From: Amoebidium appalachense | Lineage: Eukaryota; Protista; Ichthyosporea | Length of the DNA stretch: 64,000 bases | Reading direction: 5' to 3' | NCBI GenBank assembly: GCA_963693365.1 | Contig: CAVNZM010000009.1 | Location: 4,289,146 to 4,353,145, forward strand | Part shown: piece by piece, positions 40,788-52,957 of the stretch | How positions within the stretch are numbered: position 1 is the first letter of the stretch | Layout: each line of letters starts with the position of its first letter | Notes under the pieces: generated by a model | Databases searched by the model: none | What the model saw: the letters and a program-made list of their open reading frames with translations, nothing else | Told to the model about the DNA's origin: nothing | Position numbers and translations under genes: made by a program

Positions 40788-42345
40788 CTTGGTGAGGACA
40801 GGGCACGATGGCCGAGACGGTGGTGCCAGAGCTGAGGATCATTGTTGACCTTGACGTTGGCTACCAGAGCAGTGACGGTCCGAGGGATGGAGGGACGTAT
40901 CTCATAGTCAGTGATGAAGTACAGTCCATCTGTGCCTGTGAGGGAACACACGATGTTGCCACCACGAGTGTAGAGGTATGATGGGAATGCATCCTCATCA
41001 TCGAGGTGGGCAAGGAGACCCGACTTGGAGGCCATTGAGGGTGATATCAGGAAGGCTGGGGAGTCGGGTACATAGAGGGTGTTGAGGCTCAGTACTGATG
41101 TTACTCCGTTGTAGGTGACGGCCAGGTTGATGACACCACGGTGATGTGCAGTGACGATGCCAACTTGAAGGCCGTGGACGTCAGTCGGGGGGCATGGCTC
41201 AAGAGTAGAGAAGTACTCTTTTACTGGGCACACGTGGACGTTTGAAGCCGAGTCCCAGCAGGGGTCCATGGGTAGGGAGGCCGTGGTGGACACGAGGGCA
41301 AAATGCACCTCTTTTCCAGACTTGGTGTTGGCACGGGCAATTGAGCAGCCAGGTTTGTCACACTGTGTGACATGATGGTCTTCGTGACAGTAGGCACAGT
41401 CGAGGGAGCCAGTGGTCTTGGCTCGGGGTGGCTGGGAATGACGGTTACCCCCTTTACGTGGGGGGTAAGGTGACCGGGAACGATAGCCGGGGGAACGGGA
41501 CCGTGAGTAATCACGGTCAACTGAGGGGGATCGATCGGTGGGACGACCGCGGGGGTGACGGGAGACGGAGCTGTCACGTCGGGGGATCCGGTGTCTGAGG
41601 TCGTCCTTGGTGAGGACACGGCTTTGCAGGGCACGTGCTGTTCGGACGGTGGAGGAGGACCCGGACCCAGAGTCGATGAGACCTTCACGGATCTCTGCAG
41701 CTCGGATGTCACTGATTAGATGGTTGTAGGTCTCGTAGTTAATGGTACGACGGAAGTAGTCGGCAATCATGGCCTGGATGTCGGTACAAACTAACTTACG
41801 GTTCTTCTTGAGGTGGATGAAGAAGTTATCAACCATAGTCTTGTGAGGAATGGGCTCTTCGAGGATGTGCAGGGTAGTGCACAGACGGCGTGCCATGGTG
41901 AGGTAGGCCGTGACGGTCTTGAAGTCTTTGAGTTCAAGCTCATGGTAGTTGAGGAGGATTTGACGAGCACGATCTTCACGTTCAGCCGCATAGGTCATAC
42001 GGAGGTTGTGGAAAGCTTGGGCAGGTGACACATCATCGTGGATTTGACCAGAGTTATACAGCTCATCATTGGAGACGAGTTGAGTAAACATCTGTTCAAG
42101 GAGGTTGGAAGCCTCGGTCTAGGCCTCCTCAGTGTCGTAGCCGTGCCACTCATTCTCGTCGGAAGGGTCGACCCACTCGGGGGCCTTGATGACGGGCACT
42201 AACTTGGCCGCGGTGGTGGTACGTAGGTACCGGAAGATGACGGGTTCCCACTCATAATAGGTGTCAGACGTTTGCCGGACTTCTTGTCCGTGGTGTCATC
42301 CCCTTTCCAGGGGGTGAGGTTGAGATACGCAGGTTTCTCCGACAT
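40781..42345 (-). pseudogene. Copia gag and protease region (ATG 42345; frameshift and stop near the 5' end, frameshift near 40795)
   Basis: Zinc knuckle CAYCHEDHHVTQC, protease WDSASNVHV, LWHHRLGH. Confidence 0.88.
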
Positions 42346-42463
42346 GGTGATCAATCAGTCAGATGATGCGTGAGAGAGGAATCAGATCGGTATTCAAATT
42401 TGAATATTTTTGATTGCAGCGAGAGGATGTGTTGCGAGAGCGTGCGAAAATGGGCCTTTAACC

Positions 42464-43222
42464 TGTTGTTTTGTACGGGTCTAAGGGAGCAGAGTGCACA
42501 GAGGTGTCATGTAAAACACGACTTAACACATTAATGAGAGGGCAATCGGAGTTGTTCACGAGACATTGAAAGATTTCAAACAACAACTGAATCTTTATTG
42601 TGCTCTCGGTTCCTTTTGTACTTGCGACTTATCACCTTATCACAACTAAAGAGGGAGAACCAATCGGTTCTATCAGAAGATAGAAAAACACAATCCGACA
42701 AAGCATACGCATTCCAACTTCCGATTAAACTAAAGTGTAGAAACTCTTACTTAAATAAATTAAGTAATTATACATCTAGTCACTATTAACTCACATATAT
42801 ATTTATGTTCGTCTCTATAAAGAAACTTATTTAAATACATATATTTCCTAACAGTCGACACTCTCAAAGTGAAGACACTTTGCAATAAACCGAATTCCAT
42901 ATATATCTATTGTCCAATCACAACACACATATATTAACAGACAGGAATGCACAACACAATCTACAGATGTACTCGCTCGCGACTATTGGTGAGCCATCCT
43001 TTTGAGAACAAAACTAAGCCATTTTGAAATAAAGGAAAGACAACGAGTGAGGCTAGACAATCACGCTACCTCTCAGATAAACAGAGGAGAGCAAACAGAA
43101 ATAAAAACACAATAAGTTCTTATCAGGCAAGAGAGCCAGGTGTGCACAGATCTACCGATATCTGTGCCCACAGAAACAAGGGAGAGAGAGATACGGGGGG
43201 GGGGGGGGGGGGGGGGGGGAGG

Positions 43223-43314
<92 letters not shown>

Positions 43315-43406
43315 ACAAAGGAGGAAAGCAGACACGAATACAAACAAGCTAGGACACATACATACTTCAAGGCTCTTGCTGTCATACATGGTGACGTATT
43401 CCAACA
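42464..43406 (-). repeat. Copia 5' LTR
   Basis: Direct repeat of 16433-17352. PBS-like sequence is adjacent at 42451-42463. Confidence 0.95.
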
Positions 43407-43411
43407 TGACC

Positions 43412-43491
43412 ACAGTCAGATCCATGGTTCCCGGCAACATACACAATGCCTTCGTCCACTACCCAGTGCCTGACACCAACTCATCGGTATC

Positions 43492-43522
<31 letters not shown>

Positions 43523-44438
43523 ACACACACACGCGCGCACACACACAACCCCCCCCCCCCCCCTCTCCCAGACACACTCAAACATAACACACACCCCATC
43601 ACCTCCAAAAAATTTAAAAATCAAAAAAGAGAACATTTACGATCACTTCCACATCCACACCATAATGATTATGCAAATATGGTTTACACATGCACAGAAA
43701 GTACTAAACCGTTGGGCTGCGGTAGTCGTTTAATAGGTATCCGTTGGATATCCTTTCACATACATGTTCATTGGATAATACATATCTATTGCATGTCGTG
43801 TACACCCCTATCGAGATAACAAACGTATGCTTACCTATCTGTTGGACAACCGATGGATACGTGTTTAATATGTTTAGCATTTGTTCGTACACGTCTTGGG
43901 AGGATTTCAACGACACCCTGATTTTTATTGTTTGCAGATCATGGAGTATGCCACTTCCCGTAACGACCGGGAGGCCAAGTGGGTGGAGCTGATCGACGAG
44001 GTTGTGGTGAAGGGGTATCCATGTGGCCGCAAGTATTCAGCTGACCCAGACACCTTCCATCCATTCGGATGGCGTGGGTTCAACCGTGTGTTCGAGAGCA
44101 TCACGCTCACGGGGATCAAGACCCGCATCAGCTCTCTGACTCCCATGGTATGCCAGCCCCCCCCCCCCCCCCCCCCCCCCCCCTGCTACTAGTACTGTGT
44201 ACTGCTATTAGGCGACTTTTTTTCCCGCCTCTCTCTGTCTCCCCCCCTCTTGTCGCTGCCTATGTCTCTCTCTCTTATCTGTCTATCTTATTTTCCTTTC
44301 CTCTTCCCTTCACTTGACCCCCCCCCCCCTCCTCCTCTGTTCTTCCCGATCGCTTGCCTCATCATGAGACACTATTTGACACTAACTCCCCCCCCCCCCC
44401 CCCTCCCCACACACATGCACACACACACACATACTACG

Positions 44439-44474
<36 letters not shown>

Positions 44475-45570
44475 CAACACACACAAACACACACCGGCAC
44501 AAACGCTGCCATCACACACACAACAGGACATTGCTGAGAAATACCCCAAGTTTTTTAGCATGGTCGTTTTCTGCCTGGAGTCGTTGCTGAAGGACCCCAA
44601 CGCTCACAAGTGCCTGTCTACCCCCATCCAATGGGCCCACGTCAACTATAATGTCGGTGGTGACTACAACGGGGGCGCCAGGCTGTCCACCATCAAGCAG
44701 GTGTGTGTGCTGTGTAATCCTTTATTTTAGTGGTTGTTTTATGCTTTATTGGCACTTATCTTCTTGTAAACTTTTGAACAGTACTTGCCAAGTGGAATGG
44801 TTTACTTTTTGTGTCCTAGGTGTCAGCAAACAGTTTGTATTCAACATTTACTGTTTAGAATCCTGCTTAGGGAACTGTCGCCTGCTTCACCCCGGCCGTA
44901 TACACATTGTTAGATGGGTGTTCAGTTGATCCTTCTTACATAGCTGTTGGACTTGAAACATATTGGGTACTAACATTTACCCCCCCCCCCCCCCCCCCCC
45001 CACCCACCGCCCCCTCCTCCCTCCGCACACCCATTTCTATAACCTTTTATCATTCATGCTTGCACATACCCCCCATATACAGTACATCAAGAACTGGGAG
45101 AAGGTCAAGATCAGGCTCAAGGCTGACCAGTACCAGGCCAAGAAGTTGGCCGAGAGCCGAGGGCTGCAAGTGCCAAGGCCAAGGTGGCCTTAGAGGTGGG
45201 CAAGGGGGGCAACGCCAACAAGGATGACAGCCCAGGCGAGCAAGAACTGCAGGCCCCCGTCTCCGCCTTGCAGCCGGGGTCTGACAACGACGGCGGCCGT
45301 GATGAGGATGCGGTTGAGGCTGACGGCAGCGGTGGCCAGGTCAGCGGAGATGGCAGCAACAGCGAGCCCGAGGATGAGACTAGCGAGCGTGAGCAAGTGA
45401 AGAACGCTGATGTCAGCGAGGAAGAGGGGGACAGGGACGGCGACGCCAGCGAGCGCGATGGGGCCGAGGGCAGCGAGGCCGAGGGCAGCGAGGATGAGGG
45501 CAGCAAGAAGAGGGTGCGCAATGAGGAGGAGGATGAGGAACGCGCCACCAAAAAAAGCAAGGAAGATTAA
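43412..45570 (+). pseudogene. 3' exons of the transposon-borne gene: 43412-43486, 43938-44147, 44527-44700, 45083-45570; unknown domain plus acidic tail
   Basis: All junctions are AG/GT and phase 0. The last exon has a net +5 nt frameshift near 45155 relative to the paralog at 3142-3645. Confidence 0.8.
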
Positions 45571-46065
45571 CCCCCCCCCCCCCCCCCCCCCAAAAACAAT
45601 TATCTTTGATTGTGCCCAGTGTGTTCAAGTTGATCTTGTGTTTTTTTCTTTTCTTTATTAATACGTCTTATAGTAGTAACAAAAAAACATGTGTAGTTTG
45701 TAAGCAAGAAGGTCACTGGACCCTGTAATAGTTCATAATCAAAAGTAAGTGGTGGATTGTGTGTCATATGCTCCTGGTGAGCATGACTTAGATAAAACTG
45801 GTCATGCTCCTGTGGGGCATGACGTGTACATAAAGACTTGTGCTGCCGTCGTTGAGCAAGTGCCAGATCCCAACGAGGGGGGGGGGGGGGGGGAGTATTG
45901 CATATCCAATTGGGCATTATTTATATATTAGACTACTCATCGAGATATATATTTAATGGACTGCTAAATTATATCAAACTGGATATCTTGTGCATATCCA
46001 GACACGGAAGTGATGATATCCGATTGGATATCACTCAAATATTAGAGTAGTCCTTAGGATATACA

Positions 46066-46284
46066 ACATCCTTGATTTTATACTAAACACGGGGAACCCC
46101 AACTAATTGATTTCTCCTTGTAGTCTTTATGGTGTCTCGTAGAGAAAGTAAACCCTGATATATAGTCACCACCCGACATCTATGTACGTGATCATGATAT
46201 ACCGCTGAGGGGATATTCCGAGCAAAACCCCCCCCCCATACCTGAGACTGGTTCTCTTTGCCTCGAGTAAACAGCGTAAACCCC
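46066..46284 (+). mobile_element. 219-bp mini copy of the LINE 3' end with an internal deletion
   Basis: TSD (CC)TTAGGATATACA. The empty site is visible in the paralogous subterminus at 2454-2467. Confidence 0.9.
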
Positions 46285-47121
46285 TTAGGATATACATGCA
46301 ACGGATGAGTATTAGATATCACTGTGATATAGAATACATATCCAGACACGTTGTTCGGATTTCTGCCTATATGTCTATTTATATATATAATATATGCAAG
46401 GGCCGATATCTAAAGGGTGTCTTTTGGTCGTCTATCACATCCATTTTCGTTGTTCATTTACTGATCCAGTGCATATATACTGGGATGCATGTTGGATATC
46501 TATGCTTTGGTCTACTTGGCAACTATTATGAGGTCTATTGGTGACCTGACTGTATATAGTCAATATAGGTATTCTATGCCTATATACATAGCTATCTGTA
46601 TATCTAATGAACCGCATTTTCGGTAATAAATCTATGCACAACCTATATGTATTGCATATCAAATTACATCTCTTTTGTATCAATTACATATGATTTAGGT
46701 TACCCACAGCATATCAATTGGATCTCGATTGTGCACCTTTTATGCATGTTATATATATATATTACGTATCATAATGGATAGGGTTTTCGGCAGGTTTCCA
46801 GTCACTGGATACCTTCGTTGCATATCCAGTATATATGTTTTGCATGTGTATTTGCATATCTAGTGTTCGATATCCACTGGATATCATGTTTCCCGTGGAT
46901 ATCTAGTGGATCCCTAACAGTAGTTATCCAATGGATATCAGGGTTTTAACAGATATCTATATACATATTAGCCGTAGATATCCAAGATTAATATCCATTT
47001 ATATTTACATATCTTAAACCCATGAACTGGATGTAGGGTTATGTTCAGGATGGGTTTGAGTATATGGATATCTTTAATGTATCTTTTATGGGTTCCGGAT
47101 GTTTCGGCAAGATTGCTGATG

Positions 47122-48452
47122 GTGCTCAGGTCCCCGTACCGGCGTAGCACTTTGGCCCCGCTGTCCATGTCCACCACCACCAGCCGCAGGCGGGTGACTG
47201 ACTCAGGCTGCTCGGCAATGGCTGTGTTGAGGGCATCCACGACAGCCCCCAGCTCATTCACCGTCAGGCCATCCTCTGCAGGCACAGGCAGGTCGTACTT
47301 GGTCCACAGCACTCGGGTTGCCCTCACCAATCTCTGCATGTAACGGTCTTGGTGGTGGCTCCTTGGATCTGTGGGAGGGAATAGCAGGTTGCACACCCCA
47401 CAGCCGGAAGATCTCGACCTCCCCAGGGTCGTGTTGCCGACCCCCACTACCTCCTTTGGGGTCAGCAGGTGGCACAGCACGTGGTGGTCCTTGCGATCCA
47501 TGAGGTTGCCCCCCTTGCCCAGCACCTTGCGTGTGTGCTCGGTGGGTAGGTTGGCCTGCTCGTTGCCATTGGCTGCCTTCTTCACCCACATCACCATGCA
47601 GTACACCAGGCACAGCTGGGCACAGTTGGGGCCGTAGGCAAAGCCGTGCAGCTGCTGGTGGTCCAGGAAGGTCTCCCCGGTCACCTGTGGGTCGTCGGCG
47701 CTGCATGCATCCTGCACAAGGGCGGTCACATCCACCACGGCCTTGGCCTCCACCAGATCGTGCAGCCACCGTGCATTCACCCCCGTGGTGGTGGACAGGG
47801 ACCCACAGGCCCCCCTCCTCACCATGTCCTTGGGTCGGGCCACCGTCAGATGCACGGTGGATCTGCCGTCCATGAAGGTCTCGGCTGCACTCTGGGTACG
47901 TTGCCGTATGTTCTCCATCAGCTTGAGCACCACGGCGTTGACATCACCATTGAACACCTCCATGGGGCCTGCAGTAAACACACGGCGGTTGGTCACGTCG
48001 GCGTTGGGTTTGCCATCATCCCCCACCTGGTTGTCCACACCGTTGGCCTGCACGTGCAGGCTGATGATACGCACAATCAGCATGTCCCCCGCCTGCACAT
48101 CTGCACGGGCCATGGCATCGAACAGCATGGCTGCAAAAAACTGGGGGAACTCAGTCACGTCAAGGGTGCGCAGGGGTTGGTACTCGAGGGTGTGGCCGCG
48201 TACACCCAATCCCCGTGCCTGCATGTCATCTACACGGGAACGCAGCCGCCAGTTGCCCTCGGCCGGCATGGCAATGATCTGGGGGTCATCGGGGTGGTTG
48301 ATGGGGGCGGGGGCGGAGGGAGGGGGTGGGGGTGGGGGTGGTGGGGCCAACATGGCCTGCAGGAAGGGGTGGGCCTGCAGGACCTGCTGCGGGTCGGCAT
48401 CCAGTGCCCGCAACAGATCATCTTCAAACTCTTCCTGGCTCTCGCTGAACAT
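47122..48452 (-). pseudogene. Probable N-terminal region of a Polinton/Maverick/adintovirus protein-primed DNA polymerase B, truncated by element 3
   Basis: Intronless GC-rich ORF with the remembered pPolB N-terminal motif order: QS....D...V....P..G.G, then N-C..LC, then Q....A..L.....P....GLT..EL, then LVV. No catalytic motifs lie in the window. ORF-track residues after ...YGDLST are transposon read-through. Confidence 0.6.
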
Positions 48453-48739
48453 CTTGAATGGTAACCTTAGATCTCAGACTGTAATCTTATAAATCTCAAG
48501 TATCAATCTAATCAATGGTTGCTAGCCTGGCTGTGCCAGAGCAACGCCTCAATAAAGAACAGTATGCAAAATAACGTCTCTGTGCCTGTGTCTATTAAAT
48601 CTCAAAGCCCAGTAAAATCTCAAAAGCAAAAATCTCTCCAAATCTCACGAAGCAGTACGCAAAAACAATAAGTCTGTGCGTGTGTCTGGTCGCCGCCGGC
48701 CGGCCGCCTCTGTTTCCCAAAAACAATGAGCCATTCGCG

Positions 48740-49488
48740 GTCCTATTGGTCAGTTTCGGGATGGAATGTACAGATTTCGGTTTACGCGCTCTGATTGGTC
48801 AGTGTTCCGGCAAATTTGCCTTTTCGCCTCCTAATTCCCATTGGGTGGCTATTTCCATTGGTCAGTTTCCCATTGAATTCAGGGTTCGAATTCCCATTGG
48901 TCAGTTTTCGTCGGAATTCAGAATTCTCGCATTCCTCGATCCGCAGCACCTGTACGTGTGCGCACCACATGTACGCGTACACGTACGCGTCCACGCGGCG
49001 CGCCCTCTCTCTCTTTAATTCTTTAGTTAAATTCACGTGCGCTGCACGTGTTTTACACACACAGTGTGTGCACGTGCTCCTGTACATATATTCACCCATA
49101 TCTCATATCCCATATCGCGATGTGTGTACACAGATATCACACATCTCACATCCACTCTTTGGAGGCTGCGGTTCTGATTGGTCAGTTTTCCGGCAAATTT
49201 GCTTTTTCGCCTCCTAACTCCCATTGGGCGGCTATTTCCATTGGTCAGTTTCGCCTGAATTCAGAATCATTTCGCATTCCTTCGATCCGCAGCACCTGTA
49301 CGTGTGCGCACCACATGTACGCGTACACGTACGCGTACACGTGTTCCGTCCTCTCTCTCTTTAATTATTTAATTACAATCACGTGCGCTGCACGTGTTTT
49401 ACACACACACACACACACGTGCTCCTGTACATATATCCACCCATATCTCATATCCCATATCGCGATATACACAGATATCACACATCTT
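48740..49488. repeat. CpG-rich ~360-bp duplication with multiple ATTGGTCAG (CCAAT) and CACGTG/GTACGCGTAC palindromes; candidate Polinton terminal region
   Basis: 48790-49150 is repeated at 49173-49488. The repeat appears to resume after the LINE at 53153 (ATATCCAC...GGCTGCGG). Confidence 0.7.
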
Positions 49489-52400
49489 AACGCCGATGCG
49501 AGATGGAAATCGAGCTCTTCTGCGAACTGTTCGCGCTGGCGGAAGGTCGTGCATACGACCCCGTAAGCGACAAGTGGGAACCAACCCCACAGGTGTCGGA
49601 CCAAACCGATGCCTAATTTATCCTTCTTCTTCTGGAATGCTCGGACACTGGGCCCCCAAAAGGGCCTCCCCCCCGGGACACTCGACGATAAAATCAGCTA
49701 CATACAACAACAGACAAACAACCACACGTTTACAGTGATTTGCGAAACACAGTTTAAAAACCACCACAAATTCAACTCTACATTGGTCGACACATCCACA
49801 CACCCCGGTTACGCGAAAAACCGAGGCATTATTGTACTTGCCGCACCACACGTGAGAGTGAAGTGCAAACCGGTAGCAAAAACGGAATTCTCGGTTTCTA
49901 TAGAGTTTCTTTCTAATGTTTTTACTTTTGTATATTACCCACCATCTATGTCGGTTGTCGAATTGACTCACGAGTTGTCACAGTTACCAATGTCCACTGT
50001 TATTTTAGGTGATTTTAACACGCGACTCCACCACACAGACACACTGCAAGTGAGTGTCGGGTACCCATCTAAGCCCCCGGAGCGTGCTATCCCTTTAGCA
50101 AGGTATGTCCAAAGTCACACTTTGCGGTTCCCTCAAATATCCCATGCCCACAACACCGACTGGGGAGTGGCCTTTTGGCCATCAACCATGTCAAAACTCT
50201 CTCTCCCTCCTAACCTCTCTAGGTCATCTGACCACTCTCCTATCCTTTTCCTACCTAAGATCTCCCTTGATCTGCTCCCCCCTCCCCCTCCCACCTTTCG
50301 CCTCCGTCTATCCCAGCTTAAGTCACAGTGGGGTAGAGTTGATGTATGTGTATGCTATGCTACGAAACACCCTATATATATGCGCCTATTAGAATCTGCA
50401 CAAGCCAGGCCAGATTCACATCTCGTACTAGATACATGCACTAACTTTATTGTTGATGATTTGATAGATCTCGGTGATTATGCTGGCGGTGGTAGGAAGG
50501 AATACCCCGATGCTCTCTTGTTACCAAACACCACTCCCGCTAGACTAGGTGAACCCCTGTCTCAAAAGGAAAGCTTGCGCCGGCTTGCTAGTATGAATCG
50601 ATTTGGCCCCCCTGCTCGTATTATTGGTGATACCACTGGAGACCCCCTCATAGACTCTGATAAGTATTTCTCGGAACTGTTTAAAGATAGGACCCCCGCT
50701 CAGAAACCTATTGTGTGGCCTGTAGACCCATCTATCCCCATAGAATCGATCCTCCCCTTTTTCAGTCCCGATGCCATATGGTCTGTGATATCTAGTTATA
50801 GCTCTAGTAAGTCTTGTGGACCTGATGGACTCCCTGCTGGGTTTCTTAAAATCCTTGTTCCCTCCTACCCACAAAAGGAAAGTGATCGTGCTATTAAACC
50901 TGATCTTACTATCATGTTAAGCTCTCTCTTTTCTTGGTGTGTTAAATGTGGACATGTCCCGTCATCTTGGTTAGATACCTTAGTGATCCCCATAGTTAAG
51001 AAGGACTCTGAGGGCCCCATATCATCCTTTCGCCCCATTACACTAACCCAGGTTGTTCGTAGATTCTTTGAAGCTTGCTTACTTAGGTTATTTGCACATC
51101 ACCCTAGGTTTCAATCTATTCTTCACATACACCCATGCCAATCCGCTTTTCGTAAAAACAATTCATGTTATGTTCAAATAATGGCACTGCACGATTCTAT
51201 GCAAGTTGGTGCACAATATGTTGGCTTTATTGATTGGAAAACTGCTTACGATTCTGTCTCCCCTGGTCTCCTATGGGAAAAGCTTGCTGCACGGGGTGTA
51301 CCACACTGCATTGGTGTTCTGTTAGAAGCACTCTTGTCTCAAACCTATGGTAGAGCTGTGGTTAATGGGCATCTTTCATATGGTTTTGCTCGTACTAGAG
51401 GTCTCTTGCAGGGTTCATTGCTTAGCCCCTTTTTGTTTAACCTATTTATAGATGATTTGGCTGTCAAGATTTACGCCGAAAACGATGACCCTATTAATAA
51501 CTTTCCGCCTGCACTTCTCTATGCTGATGATCTGTCCCTCCTTGCCCGTACCCCTAGACGCCTGCAAAGATTGTTCGATGTAGTGTCAGAGTGGTGCAAG
51601 GCAAACCTTATGATCCTTAACATAGACAAATGTGGTGTTCTTGTACCTGATATAGCTAACAATTTACACACATTTACATTATCATCTAAACCTGTACCTA
51701 TAGTTCCAGAATACAAATATCTTGGTGTTCCGGTTGATTCTGTTGGTGTTATGTTTCCCCATATGGTCGAAAAGAGGGTAGAGTTGGCTCGTAAGCGGTT
51801 AGCTTTCTTCTCGGCTAATATTTTTAAAGACACACCCCTCCATCCTTCTATTAGACTTACATTTATTCGCACTTTTGTCTTCCCGGCATGTGAATATGGT
51901 TTACCCCTTCTCGCCGCTTGGATCAAGAAAGAGAGAACTAGAGCGCTTAAACCCTTGGCAAATTTCCTTGAAGCAGAAGTTGCCTCCTTTCTATCTAACA
52001 ACTGTTGTAAACCTGGGCCTGTAACGCTCTCGATATATGGTCTGGTCCCAATAGCTGCTAGAGTATCCTATCTCGCGCTGAAATTCAATAAGCACATAAG
52101 CCGCTTAAAGAAGTATTTGCCCTCCCACCCTCTCTTCTCTATCCGACCTGTCCCCTCCTCACCTCTCCCCTCTTTCCTCCCCTCTCTCTCCCCTTCTCCC
52201 CTGGGCACAAATACAAATAAACCCCGCAATAGTGTGTGTGTGACTTTGGACTGCCACTTACTTATTAAACATGTACACAATCACAAGATAATCACGCAAT
52301 ATAACAAATGGAAAAAGATACCACACGACACTAGACCCGATGAAAGCATACACCTTGAAAAACTAAGCCTTATGTCTCGTTTTATATATACTGACCGCCT

Positions 52401-52807
52401 CAACCATATTGCCAAATATGGCACTCGCAAGTGTATAACACCTAAATACATATTACCTTCCTGTAGAACTGGTCTTTCTCTAGCTGATGGTATTATTGAT
52501 CAATTACCACGCTTTTACTGTACACGTGCTATACAGTGGAGATCTAATAAGTATAAGGTGGCATCATTTGCATGCCCAAACAACACACACACACACCAGT
52601 TTAACCGGTCATGTATCGCCAAATGTAGTTTGATAGACCACATAATACCGCAACACACACACGTCACATTCACAACAGACACCCAGAAAGATAGCCTACC
52701 TGTAAATTACAACATCCTTGATTTTATACTAAACACGCGTAACTACGACCTGTTTATTAGATGTATTGATTGGCTTGAGAAACACATCACTACAAAATTA
52801 TAGCGCA

Positions 52808-52876
<69 letters not shown>

Positions 52877-52908
52877 CCAGCTGATACCGAGTGTCCCGAG
52901 GGGAGCCC

Positions 52909-52957
<49 letters not shown>

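Larger units (their letters stand above)
16433..43406 (-). mobile_element. Ty1/Copia LTR retrotransposon with nested insertions
   Basis: Near-identical TG..CA LTRs at 16433-17352 and 42464-43406. TSD TGACC at 16428-16432 and 43407-43411. PBS-like GGTTAAAGGCCCA, PPT GAGTGGGGA, domain order gag-PR-IN-RT-RH. Confidence 0.97.
12797..47121. mobile_element. Large CMC/CACTA-like TIR transposon, element 3 (visible part; other end not in the window), carrying the JmjC gene
   Basis: Terminus ...GGCAAGATTGCTGATG at 47121 abruptly cuts a pPolB-like ORF. 44190-47121 is an inverted homolog of 1627-4900. No matching opposite TIR is present, so the element probably continues through 844-1626 and beyond position 1. 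Confidence 0.7.

Noticed and set aside
46968-47121. C-terminal ~50 aa of the 494-aa ORF
   Set aside because: Read-through into the transposon terminus, not part of the original protein.
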